Source of the DNA: Octopus sinensis
Lineage: Eukaryota
Length of the DNA stretch: 64,000 nucleotides
Assembly (NCBI RefSeq): GCF_006345805.1
Contig: NC_043019.1
Span: 23,001,360-23,065,359 of the forward strand
Direction: 5' to 3'
In this document: in pieces, positions 53,781-64,000 of the stretch
Position numbering within the stretch: position 1 is the first letter of the stretch
Layout: the number at the start of each line of letters is the position of its first letter
Notes under the pieces: generated by a model
The model's database searches: none
What the model saw: the letters and a program-made list of their open reading frames with translations, nothing else
What the model was told of the DNA's origin: nothing
Program-made: the position numbers and the translations under genes

Positions 53781-53817
<37 letters not shown>

Positions 53818-54359
53818 TACACACATACATATGTGTGTGTGTGTCTGTGTGTATCTGTGTATGTATATGTATTATAGACACAGACACACACATACATGTA
53901 TTATAAATAAGACAGGCTGGCTGTTATTGAAATTATTATCATTTCTGAAATAGGCATCGCATGATTAAAGTATTGACCAATTCTCATATTGCAACTGTTA
54001 TGAAAAATATTAATTCTTCCAGTTCTGTTGCCAGCAAAGATTTAAGAGATTTTGGTAATGAGGAATTCTTAGAATTTGTGGAAGTTTCATATTGATCCGG
54101 ATAAATAGTTTCATCAAATTAAAATTTATTTATACACCTGTGTGTGTGTGTGTGTGTGTGCACGTGTATGTGTGTTTCTATATATGTATGTATATATATA
54201 TATATACATATACACACACACACGACACACACATACACACACATATGCATACATATATATATACATACCCTTACCAAAATTGGAATCCCAATGAAGAACA
54301 ATTATTAAAACATCAATGTATGGTATATTATCTATATATATATATATATATCTTTTATT

Positions 54360-54578
54360 ATTTACTTGTTTCAGCCATATGACTGTCTGTGACCATGCTG
54401 GGGCACCACCTTGAAGGGTTTTAGTCAAACAAATGCACCTTAAGCCTTTTTTTTAAAGCCTAGAACTTATTTTATCCGTCTCTTTTGCCAAACTCTAAGT
54501 TACCAGGATGTAAACACACCATCACCAGTTGTCAAGTGGTGGTGGGGGACAAAGTAGACACAAAGACACACACGCATA

Positions 54579-54610
<32 letters not shown>

Positions 54611-54795
54611 CACATACACACACGCATATATACATACACGGCAGGCTTTTTCAGATTCTATCTACCAAAACCACTTACAAGTCTTTGTTTGTCTCAGGGT
54701 TGTAGTAGAAGTCACTTGACCAAGGTGTCACACAGTGGGATTGAACCCAAAACCATGTGGTTGGGAAGCAAGCTTCTTACCACACAGCCATGCTT
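54360..54795 (-). mobile_element. SINE family A, full length, diverged
   Basis: Tail, microsatellite and head in reverse complement. Confidence 0.8.
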
Positions 54796-54804
54796 GATAT
54801 TGAT

Positions 54805-54950
54805 ATTCCTCTGTCTCCTGTTTCTAACGAAGAGCTTTGCTCAAAACGTAAAACCACTTTTCTTTCCTTCCCTGAGCATCTGCTAATGCTTTACACGTAC
54901 CATGTCCTCATGTTGTTGGTTTTTTCTTGTGTTTTTCCTCATGTTTCTTG
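54805..54950 (+). mobile_element. Repeat family E subfamily 2 with a degenerate hammerhead at 54820-54854
   Basis: gttt-ctaacga-a-gagc ttt gctc-aaaa-cgta-aaac; cctgagcatctgctaatgc. Confidence 0.6.
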
Positions 54951-54954
54951 GATT

Positions 54955-55212
54955 CATGCCAGTGGCACGTAAAAAGCACCATCCATTCCATGGCCGTTTG
55001 CCAGCTCCCTCTGGCACCTGTGCGGGTGGCACATAAAAAGCACCCACTACACTCACGGAGTGGTTGGCGTTAGGAAGGGCATCCAGCCGTAGAAACACTG
55101 CCAGATCAGACTGGGCCTGATGCAGCCTTCTGGCTTCACAGACCCCAGTTGAACCGTCCAACCCATGCAAGCATGGAAAGCGGACGCTAAATGATGATGA
55201 TGATGATGATGA

Positions 55213-55214
<2 letters not shown>
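54955..55214 (+). mobile_element. RTE LINE 3' end (family D)
   Basis: One unit plus the tail and (gat)n. Confidence 0.88.
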
Positions 55215-55252
<38 letters not shown>

Positions 55253-55257
55253 CATAT

Positions 55258-55478
55258 TTATTTCTTTATTACCCACATAGAGGGAACAAACAAGGATAGA
55301 CAAAGGAATTAAGTCAATTACATCGACCCCAGTGCGTAACTGGTACTTATTTCATTGATCCCAAAAGGATGAAAGGCTAAATCAACCTCAGCGGAGTTTG
55401 AACTCAGAACATAACAGTAGACGAAATATCGCTAAGCATTTCACCTGGTGAGCTAATGGTTCTGCCAGCTCACGACCC
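55258..55478 (-). mobile_element. SINE family B
   Basis: Matches the other B copies. Confidence 0.85.
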
Positions 55479-55495
55479 TCATATATATATATATA

Positions 55496-57348
55496 TCGTA
55501 TTTGCCATTGTATAATATGACTGGGTGTACAAGACGACCCCAGGATTTCCATTTAAAAAGTGAGTTTTGAGCTCTATTTGTTGTATAAGATTACTCCAAG
55601 TTTTCATGGAAAATAGCTCAAGCACTGAAATGTGCAAGGTTTCATAGTTACAAGGGTTGGGTGAGCTGTAGCTTCATCAGAAACCCCTGAAGCCTCTGCT
55701 TTTCTTGTGTTTCAATAACATTTTATCTGTTTCAATCAGTAAACTTTGTATGCAACAATTCTGCAATCTTGGTTGTTTAAAATTTATCCAGTTCTTTTCA
55801 GACAGTGACCAAATATTGTTAACTGTCTACTATAACAAACATACCTGGCTGGTGTAAACACGACTGTAGTAACATCACTTGGTTATTTTACCAGAACTAA
55901 CATGGTGTCAATTATGCCATAATAATACAATTTATTTGAAATAGATTTACAGACTTATTTACAGTATGTATAATATTATATTGTAATATATTAGAAATGT
56001 CATTATAAAGTACACTGCTAGTATTTTCTTTAATTTGTAAATTTTGTCTTGCTTTATGAGAGTATTGGTCTTGAAACAACGTATTCATTTTGATGCAGCT
56101 CATGGACCATGTCTGCTACGCGCTTCTCTAGAATCAACCAGTGTGCAGTGCTTCCTCTAATTGCACATTTTGTCCTGAGTATACTCCTTAATAAGTCTTC
56201 CTTTAAGCTCCAAACTCTTGACATCTTCTCAGTTACAGAATATTGTCTTGCAGCAGCACAGCTGTTTTGGGATTTAGCATATGCTAGCACTTTCAACTTA
56301 AATTCAGCCTCGTATTTCCTTCGTTTACCACTTGGAGCCATGAGGGGGTTTTAGTTGCTGGAAATTAATGTTCACCCAGTGAGAATATTGCTGCTTACGA
56401 AAGAGAAAGACTAACAACCTTTTCAAGAAACCCTATCTGTAAATGTTCAAAAATAACCGCTAACTGTAAGGTCTATTGTGATTGGTCTGACTGATACAAA
56501 CTGACCAGTCAGAGAAGATACTGGTACATGCTGCTAATTTGCTGTAACAGGTAGGTGAGTTACCATAAACTACAATTGTCTTGAAAGCCCTCGACTGGCC
56601 TAGTGCTGTATGAGAAAGTGCTCTAACAAGGCAGTGTAAGCAGAATGGACCCTGGGACGTGGTTGAATGGGCTGATTGTTTACATTTTCTGTTCATCAGC
56701 TTTTGCAAATGGCGATTGGTATCTGTTTGCTAAGTTTGCTGTGCTGTTATTTTAATATAATCTTACTATTAATCCTGCTTCCCAAATATACGCGTAAGTA
56801 TCAGTAGAAAATATTTGTAGAACTATAGGATCTATGAGAGTATTTTGCGGTGTTCTCCATCGATATGTGCAAGTATCAATAGAAACTACCACCTGTGTCA
56901 TCTCTTGTGAAAGGTAGGAGAGTCCAGTTTGCTGGACATTGTTGTAGAGCTGAAAACGAGGCAATTTTTACTCTTCTCCTCTGGAAGCCATCCGCTCACA
57001 ATACCAGAGGGCTCACACTCTCCTACCCTGATGTAATCTCCAGGGATACAGGTATCCAGCAACAGGACCTCCGTAATGCTATGATGGACCGTGAAGTTTG
57101 GCGTAGCATGGTAAATTCCATTGTCTCGACCACGGTCGAACAATGATGATGATGATCAATAGAAAATACTGCACTGTAGAACCAGAGAATCTATGTGAGT
57201 GCTTGACACTGTTCTCCATTGACATTGGTACTACTCTGAACCACAGGAATTTCGGGTTCAGATTTTATACTGGGTATATAAGACGACTCCTAGATTAGGG
57301 GTGAATTATTTAGAGTTCAGATTCCATCCTGTACACTGGTGTAAACAG
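55496..57348 (-). mobile_element. Internally deleted pogo-like DNA transposon
   Basis: ORF 56054-56341 MAPSGKRRKYEAEFKLKV...AAARQYSVTEK (Brinker-type/CENP-B HTH); eroded TIRs; ctgggt(g/a)ta(c/t)aagacgac at both ends. Confidence 0.75.
56886..57154 (+). mobile_element. 5'-truncated RTE-clade LINE (second family) with 11-bp TSD
   Basis: RRVQFAGHC.R...DREVWR..*, (tga)n tail directly after the stop; TSD atcaatagaaa at 56875-56885 and 57155-57165. Confidence 0.9.
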
Positions 57349-57511
57349 TATCCACACACACATGCATGCACACACACACACATACATATATATATATATG
57401 TACATACACACTTACTCAATAAAACAACAATAAAGTAAGAAACCAAGCACTCCCTAAAAAAGTTATATATGTGTGTGTGTGTCTTTATGTTTGTGTTTAT
57501 CCCCCATGACT

Positions 57512-58025
57512 CATCATCATCATCATCATCATCATCATTGTTTAACGTCCGCTTTCCATGCTAGCATGGGTTGGACGGTTCGACCGGGGATCTGGGAAGC
57601 CAGAAGGCTGCACCAGGCTCCAGTCTGATCCGGCAGTGTTTCTACAGCTGGATGCCCTTCCTAACGCCAACCACTCCGTGAGTGTAGTGGGTGCTTTTTA
57701 CGTGCCACTGGCACAGGTGCCAGACGAGGCTGGCAAACGGCCACGATCGGATGGTGGTTTTTACGTGCCACCGGCATGGGGGCCAGGCGAGGCTGGCAAT
57801 GGCCACGAACGGATGGTGCTTTTTACGTGCCACTGGCACAGGTGACAGACAAGGCTGGCAAACGGCCACGATCGGATGGTGGTTTTTATGTGCCACCGGC
57901 ACAGGGGCCAGACGAGGCTGGCAAACAGCCACGATCGGATGGTGGTTTTTACGTGCCACCGGCACAGGTGCCAGACGAGGCTGGCAAACGGCCACGATTG
58001 GATGGTGGTTTTTACGTGCCACCGG
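57512..58025 (-). mobile_element. RTE LINE 3' end with ~5 tandem 63-bp units
   Basis: Tail plus repeated ttttacgtgccac.ggcacaggtgccagacgaggctggcaaacggccacgatcggatggtgg. Confidence 0.9.
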
Positions 58026-58262
58026 TATAACATATTTCAGTGGACAGAAACATGTTAAACTTTAGAAAATATTCAAGAAAGAAACCTTACTGCTTCTTGC
58101 AATAAATACATATAAAGCAAAATGTTTTCGATGGCCCCTTAATGTATTACTGTGAGTCCTTAATTTACTATTTTGATTGTGTGGGCCCCTAAAGATCTTA
58201 CATAGACCCCCAGGGTCCATGTGGACCCTGACTGAGAACCACTGTTCTATTCAAATTGATAT

Positions 58263-58430
58263 ACTCTTTTACTCTTTTACTTGTTTCAGTCATTTGACTG
58301 CGGCCATGCTGGAGCACCGCCTTTAATCGAGCAAATCGCCTCAGGACTTATCCGTTGTAAGCCGAGTACTTATTCTATCGGTCTCTTTAGCCGAACTGCT
58401 AAGTTACGGGAATGTAAACACACCAGCATA
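58263..58430 (-). mobile_element. SINE family A, 3' half
   Basis: actcttttactcttttacttgtttcagtcatttgactgcggccatgc. Confidence 0.85.
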
Positions 58431-58554
58431 CAAATGCTAGGAATAGCAGGCAAATTTCCCTTGAATCTCACCTTATTACCAAGATACATAAAAAAAAGTG
58501 GGGAAGGAAAACATAGTATATCATAGGTCGTCCTACAAGGGCTTACTTTCATTC

Positions 58555-58760
58555 AATGCAGCAGCTGCAGGCTGGAAGAGGTCCCAAACCAGATGGCTGG
58601 ACATAATTGGGAAAGATCTCCAGAGGCTTGATGTCCCCCTGGAGAATGCAGAGTGACTGGCATGGGTCTACCAGTGATGGAGGACACTAGCAAACCTATT
58701 CAGTTCTATGCATGATGGCACCTTTAGGACCACTGACCTGGGATGACCCATCAAACAAGA
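58555..58760 (+). mobile_element. Old RTE-like ORF C-terminal fragment
   Basis: GWKRSQTRWLDIIGKDLQRLDVPLENAE*LAW..*WR. Confidence 0.55.
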
Positions 58761-59156
58761 GCATATAGAGCTGGTTCATGGCTGGAAGGCATTTGCTCAT
58801 AGGGCAGCTTGATCAGGATTTACCTGGGGGTCAAACAACATCATCATTGCCACAACACCTATATTTAGCACCGCTACCACCACCACCACCACCACCACTA
58901 CTGCAACCATGACCATCACAGGTGTCAGCACTACCACCAGCACCATCACCATCACAACTACTACCATCGACACTGTTATCACCACTATCTACATGACTAG
59001 AACCACAACACCAACATGCTGTCACCACCACCGACACTACCACACTGCTGTCTCCAGCACCAACAGTTTTACCACCACCAACACCACCACCACCATCGCC
59101 GCCACCACCATCACCACCACTGCCGCCATCACCACCAGTGGTAGTACTACTATCAC

Positions 59157-59192
<36 letters not shown>

Positions 59193-59828
59193 CACCATCA
59201 TTACAACAACACAGTAGCTAATGTTGAGTGCTTATAAATAACCTTTACAGTTATTTCAATTATTTTAAAAATATTTAGACATCTATCTCTCTCATTCACT
59301 CACTCTCTCCCCCTCTCTCTCTGATTCTCTTGCTTTTAATCTCTCCCTCTCTCTCTCTCTCTCTCTCAGTGTTTACTTCACACACTCAAGTTTTCTTATA
59401 TTTCTTATCTCCTCCCTCCCCCCCCTCCAATCAATCTATCCTTACTCTTTGTTACTCTACCATCCATCACCACCACCACCACCACCACCACCACAAGCAC
59501 CACCACCACCACAAGCACCACCACCACCACCACAACCGCTTCTACACTCTACCTCTCTATCTCTTCCTCTCTATCAATTTCTGCATCATCTGCATCAAAC
59601 ATCAGTGTGTGTGTGTGTGTTGTGTGTGTGTGTGTGTGCATGTATGTGTGTGTGTGTGTGTGTATGTGTGTTGTGTGTGTGTGTATGTGTGTGTGTGTGC
59701 ATGTATGTGTGTGTGTGTGTGTGAGTGTATGTGTGTGTATGTGTGTGTGTGTGTGTGTATGTGTGTGAGTGTATGTGTGGTGTGTGTGTGTATGTGTGGT
59801 GTGTGTGTGTGTGGTGTGTGTGTGTGTG

Positions 59829-59894
<66 letters not shown>

Positions 59895-60148
59895 ATCTAT
59901 GTTTCTATGTATGCATAGATGTAGATAGATAAATGGATAGGATGAATACATAAGTAGAGAGACAGAAATAAGTGCACACATGCATATATAATTATGCATA
60001 TGCATACACACACACACAAACGTATGTTCATTATATATGTGTGTGTGAGTATATATATATATGCACGCTGTGTATATGTATGTATATGGGGGATTATAAT
60101 ACAAATATTCAAAATGTAAACTGCATATTTGTATATATATATATATAT

Positions 60149-60520
60149 AGGCGCAGGAGTGGCTGTGTGGTAAGTAGCTTGCTAACCAACCACACGGTTG
60201 CGGGTTCAGTCCCACTGCGTGGCATCTTGGGCAAGTGTCTTCTGCTATAGCCCCGGGCCGACCAATGCCTTGTGAGTGGATTTGGTAGACGGAAACTGAA
60301 AGAAGCCTGTCGTATATATGTATATATATATGTATGCGTGTGTTTGTGTGTCTGTGTTTGTCCCCCTAGCATTGCTTGACAACCGATGCTGGTGTGTTTA
60401 GGTCCCCGTCACTTAGCGGTTCGGCAAAAAGAGACCGATAGAATAATTACTAAAAGGTGGTGCTCCAGCATGGCCGCAGTCAAATGACTGAAACAAGTAA
60501 AAGAGTAAAGAGAGAGAGTA
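60149..60520 (+). mobile_element. SINE family A, young, with a small internal deletion
   Basis: Near-identical to 22973, lacking ~45 bp before aaaggtggtgctcc. Confidence 0.92.
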
Positions 60521-60704
60521 ATATATATATGCACATACACACATATATACATATATACACATGTATATAAATATATATACACTAAGTATGTATGTGTGTA
60601 TATATGTATATCTATATGGATGTGTGTATGTGAGAGAGAGAGAGAGAGAGAGTTGAGAAAGAAACTTGTCTGAGGGAATGTGTCCGTTTGTGTATGCGTG
60701 CATG

Positions 60705-60905
60705 CATCTGTGTGTGTGTGTGTGTGTGTGTGCATGCATCTCTGTGAGTGTGTGTGTGTGTGTGTGTGTGTGCATGCATCTCTGTGAGTGTGTGTGTGTG
60801 TGTGTGTGTGCATGCATCTCTGTGAGTGTGTGTGTGTGTGTGTGTGCATGCATCTCTGTGAGTGTGTGTGTGTGTGTGTGTGTGTGCATGCATCTCTGTG
60901 AGTGG
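60705..60905. repeat. Minisatellite tgcatgcatctctgtgag(tg)n
   Basis: About 6 units. Confidence 0.85.
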
Positions 60906-62019
60906 TGTGTGTGTGTGTCAGTCGGGAGATGTGTTTATCACAGATGGTAGATGATACTGACATTTCAGTAATACTTCCAACAACAAAGAACCCAATTATA
61001 TGGTCTTTAAGTAGTTCTACATTGACATCATCTCAGTTGCTACCATTTCTTCACAGCCTCCACATCCTCCTCCTCCTCCTCTTCCTCCTCCTCCTCCTCC
61101 TCCTCTTCCTCCTCCTCCCCACCCCCTCTCTCATCTTCTTACAACGTCCATTGTTCATTGTTCTGTGGCAATCTTTATATTATAGACTGAAAGGCATATA
61201 CACAAACATACATAAGTATATATATATACACACACATACACATACTCCGACACACATACACAAGCATACATATATGTGTGTATGTGAGTGTGCATGTTTG
61301 TGTATATATAGGTGTGTGTGTGTGTGTGTATATATATAGATAGATATATACATATACATTTATATATAAATATATATATATATGTATATATATATATGTA
61401 TATATATGCGTATATATTTGTATATATTTATGTTATATATGTAATGTATATATGTTATGTGTATTATATATATATGTATGTTTGTGTGTATGCATGTATG
61501 TGTATATATGTATAGATATATGTGTATGTGTGTGTGTGTAAATATATATGTATATGATTGTGTGCGCATATGTGTCAGAATATATGTGCATTTGTGTGCA
61601 CATGTATATGTGTGTGTGTATGTGTGTAAATATATATGTATATGATTGTATGTGCATATGTGTCAGAACATTTGTGCATTTGTCTGCACGTGTGTGTGTG
61701 TGTAAATGTGTACACATATAAGCATGCTTGTCCATATACATGTGTGCATACATATACATGTGGCCGAAATCAAAGATAGGAATATCACTACTTAACAATT
61801 GTATTCCAGTAAGTCACAGAATACCATGTTGCCCAGATTGGAACAGTGGCTAAAAATGACCTGGTCTTGCTTCGCAGTGGAAATGTCTTTGGAAGTGGCT
61901 TTGGTTTAATAAATAAAACATTCTTGGATTTCTTTTGGAAGCTTATTAAATTGTTTTCCAACGTGTTTGAAGCAGTTTGATGTTTGATGCATCACTGTGC
62001 TACAGATATATAGCCAATA

Positions 62020-62721
62020 TTGGTTTCAAATTTTGGCACAAGGTTAGCTAGTTTGTGGGGAGGGGCCAGGTCAATTACATCAACCCCAGTGCTCAACTGG
62101 AACTTATTTTATCGACCCTGAAAGGATGAAAAGCAAAGTCGACATTGGCAGGATTTGAACTCAGAATATAAAGACAGAGGAAATGCCACTAAGCATTTGG
62201 CCTGGCATGTTAACAATTCTGCCAGCTCACCACCTATATATACCCAATATTTATTTCTTTATTGCCCACAAGGGGCTAAACAAAGAGGGGACAAACAAAT
62301 GGATTAAGTTGATTACATCAACCCCAGTGTGTAACTGGTCCTTATTTAATCAACCCCAAAAGGGTAAAAGGCAAAGTCGACCTTAGCAGAATTTGAACTC
62401 AGAACATAAAGACAGAGGAAATGCCACATGCATTTAGCCTAGCATGTTAATGATTCTGCCAGCCCGCTGCCTATATTTACCCAATATTTATTTCTTTATT
62501 GCCCACAAGGGGCTAAACAAAGAGGGGACAAACAAGGACAGACAAATGGATTAAGTCGATTACATCGATCCCAGTACTCAACTGGTACTTATTTAATTGA
62601 CCCCAAAAAGATGAAAGGCAAAGTCGACCTCGGTGGAATTTGAACTCAGAACGTAGTGGCAGACAAAATACTGCAAAAGATTTCGTCCGGCATGCAAATG
62701 ATTCTGCCAGCTCGCCACCTT
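62020..62721 (-). mobile_element. Three head-to-tail SINE B copies
   Basis: 62020-62235, 62250-62472 and 62488-62721, separated by acccaatatt. Confidence 0.88.
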
Positions 62722-62775
62722 AACCCAATATATATAACTTAATATATACCCAATATTAAGAGCATGTTTAAAGTT

Positions 62776-62995
62776 GGCAAGCTGGCAGAATTGTTAGCAT
62801 GCCAGTAAAAAAATTCTTAGTGGCATTTTGTCAATCTTTATGTTCTAAGTTCAAATTCCACAGAGGTTGACTTTGCCTTTTATGCTTTCAGGGTTGGTAG
62901 GACAAGTATCTGTTGAGTACTGGAGTTCATGCAATGAAATTGCCTCCTCCCCCAAAATTTCAGGCCTAGTGTCAAAATTCCAAACCAATATTTTG
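62776..62995 (+). mobile_element. SINE B variant, inverted relative to the array
   Basis: ggcaagctggcagaattgttagcatgcc... Confidence 0.8.
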
Positions 62996-63029
62996 TAATT
63001 TGATTGTATAAACAAGTGTGCAAGTGTGC

Positions 63030-63400
63030 AAGTGTGGTTTAAAAGCTTGCTTTTCAGCCATGTGGCCGTGGGTTCAGTCTCACTGTGTGGCACCTCAGGC
63101 AAGTGTCTTCTACTATGGCCCCAGGCCAACCAAAGTTTTGTGAGCAGATTTGGTAGATGAAAACTGAAAGAAAGCCATTGTATATATAAATGTGTGTGTG
63201 TGTGAGTGTGTGTGTTTGTCACCACCACCACCACCACCACTTAACAGCCAATGTTAGTTTGTTTATGTTCCTGAGATTTAGAAGCTCAGCAGAGGAGACT
63301 GACAGCCTTCAAAAAAAATTAATAATGGGGTCTGCTTGTTTGACTAAACCCCTAAAGGTAGAACCCCAGGATGCAGTCCAATGACTCAAGTAAAAGAAAA
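63030..63400 (+). mobile_element. SINE family A, diverged
   Basis: Head, microsatellite and tail ending caagtaaaaga. Confidence 0.75.
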
Positions 63401-63419
63401 AATATATATAAATGACATA

Positions 63420-63960
63420 CAAAGTGGATTTCAGATGCTTTGAAACTTTTCTAGGAGAGACATTTATTAATTTCAAACAAGTACAAAACTCTAATTTCTT
63501 TCAAAGTAGAATCCTCTGACTTCAATGCAGTTGTAGGGCTCCAGTTACTTCATGAAGGCCTCACTGGAGTCCTTGTAAAGACCTTTGTCACAGCCTCCTT
63601 CAGCTCGAGGAACAACCAAAATTCACAAGGAGCAAGGTCTGGACTGTAAGGAGGGTGAGGGATGGCTTTGATTCCTGTCTCTGTTAAATAGTTGGTTACC
63701 AGGATGGAATTGTGGACTTCTGCATTGTGGACAGGTGCCACCAAACCTGAGTGAAAAAGCTCTGGCTCTTTTGGAAGAGTGCCACAACCAGTGATAAAAC
63801 TTATCAATAGCTTGGATAGGCTAGAAAAAAACTTATAAACTATCACCTGTTGTTAGTGTGATATCATGGAAAACAACACTGATTTCAGACAATGCAAAGA
63901 ATTCTCTGAATGCAGAAGATGTTGAAATCTCATGTTGTATTTTTCAGGGTCATTCTACCA
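63420..63960 (-). mobile_element. Mariner fragment
   Basis: HNSILVTNYLTETGIKAIPHPPYSPDLAPCEFWLF. Confidence 0.8.
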
Positions 63961-64000
63961 CTCCTCTTATGTCTAGCTCTGCTACTTCTGTCCAGATTAC

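Noticed and set aside
57690-58025. CRISPR-like palindromic repeats
   Set aside because: No spacers; part of an RTE 3' UTR
58090-58245. hAT-like MITE end (gagaaccactg)
   Set aside because: No matching opposite TIR or 8-bp TSD found
61790-62005. Unique sequence as a candidate minus-strand exon
   Set aside because: No frame open between plausible splice sites and no recognisable protein

Overview
AT-rich, microsatellite-saturated eukaryotic DNA. The SINE and LINE families look like octopus (coleoid cephalopod) repeats; this is inferred from recognising them, not from a search. No intact protein-coding gene can be supported, and nearly all ORFs in the track are microsatellite read-through. The window is a dense, nested transposon graveyard. 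It holds several tRNA-headed SINE families, many RTE LINE 3' ends with a variable 62-63 bp tandem repeat, CR1 and R4/Dong-like fragments, and Penelope-like (GIY-YIG) pieces. DNA elements include at least seven decayed Tc1/mariner/maT copies, a pogo-like element, a hAT fragment, MITEs and a decayed Helitron lacking its Rep core. The most interesting signal is a set of minimal type-I hammerhead-ribozyme-like motifs. Four sit in a dispersed ~200 bp repeat and show covarying stems, one is in the inverted terminal repeat of a Penelope-like element, and one is in a structured insert inside the Helitron. Other notable items: SINE head/tail module shuffling, templated local insertions (one preserves an empty MITE site), several fold-back structures, and a possible GC3-rich minus-strand host exon near 7.3 kb.
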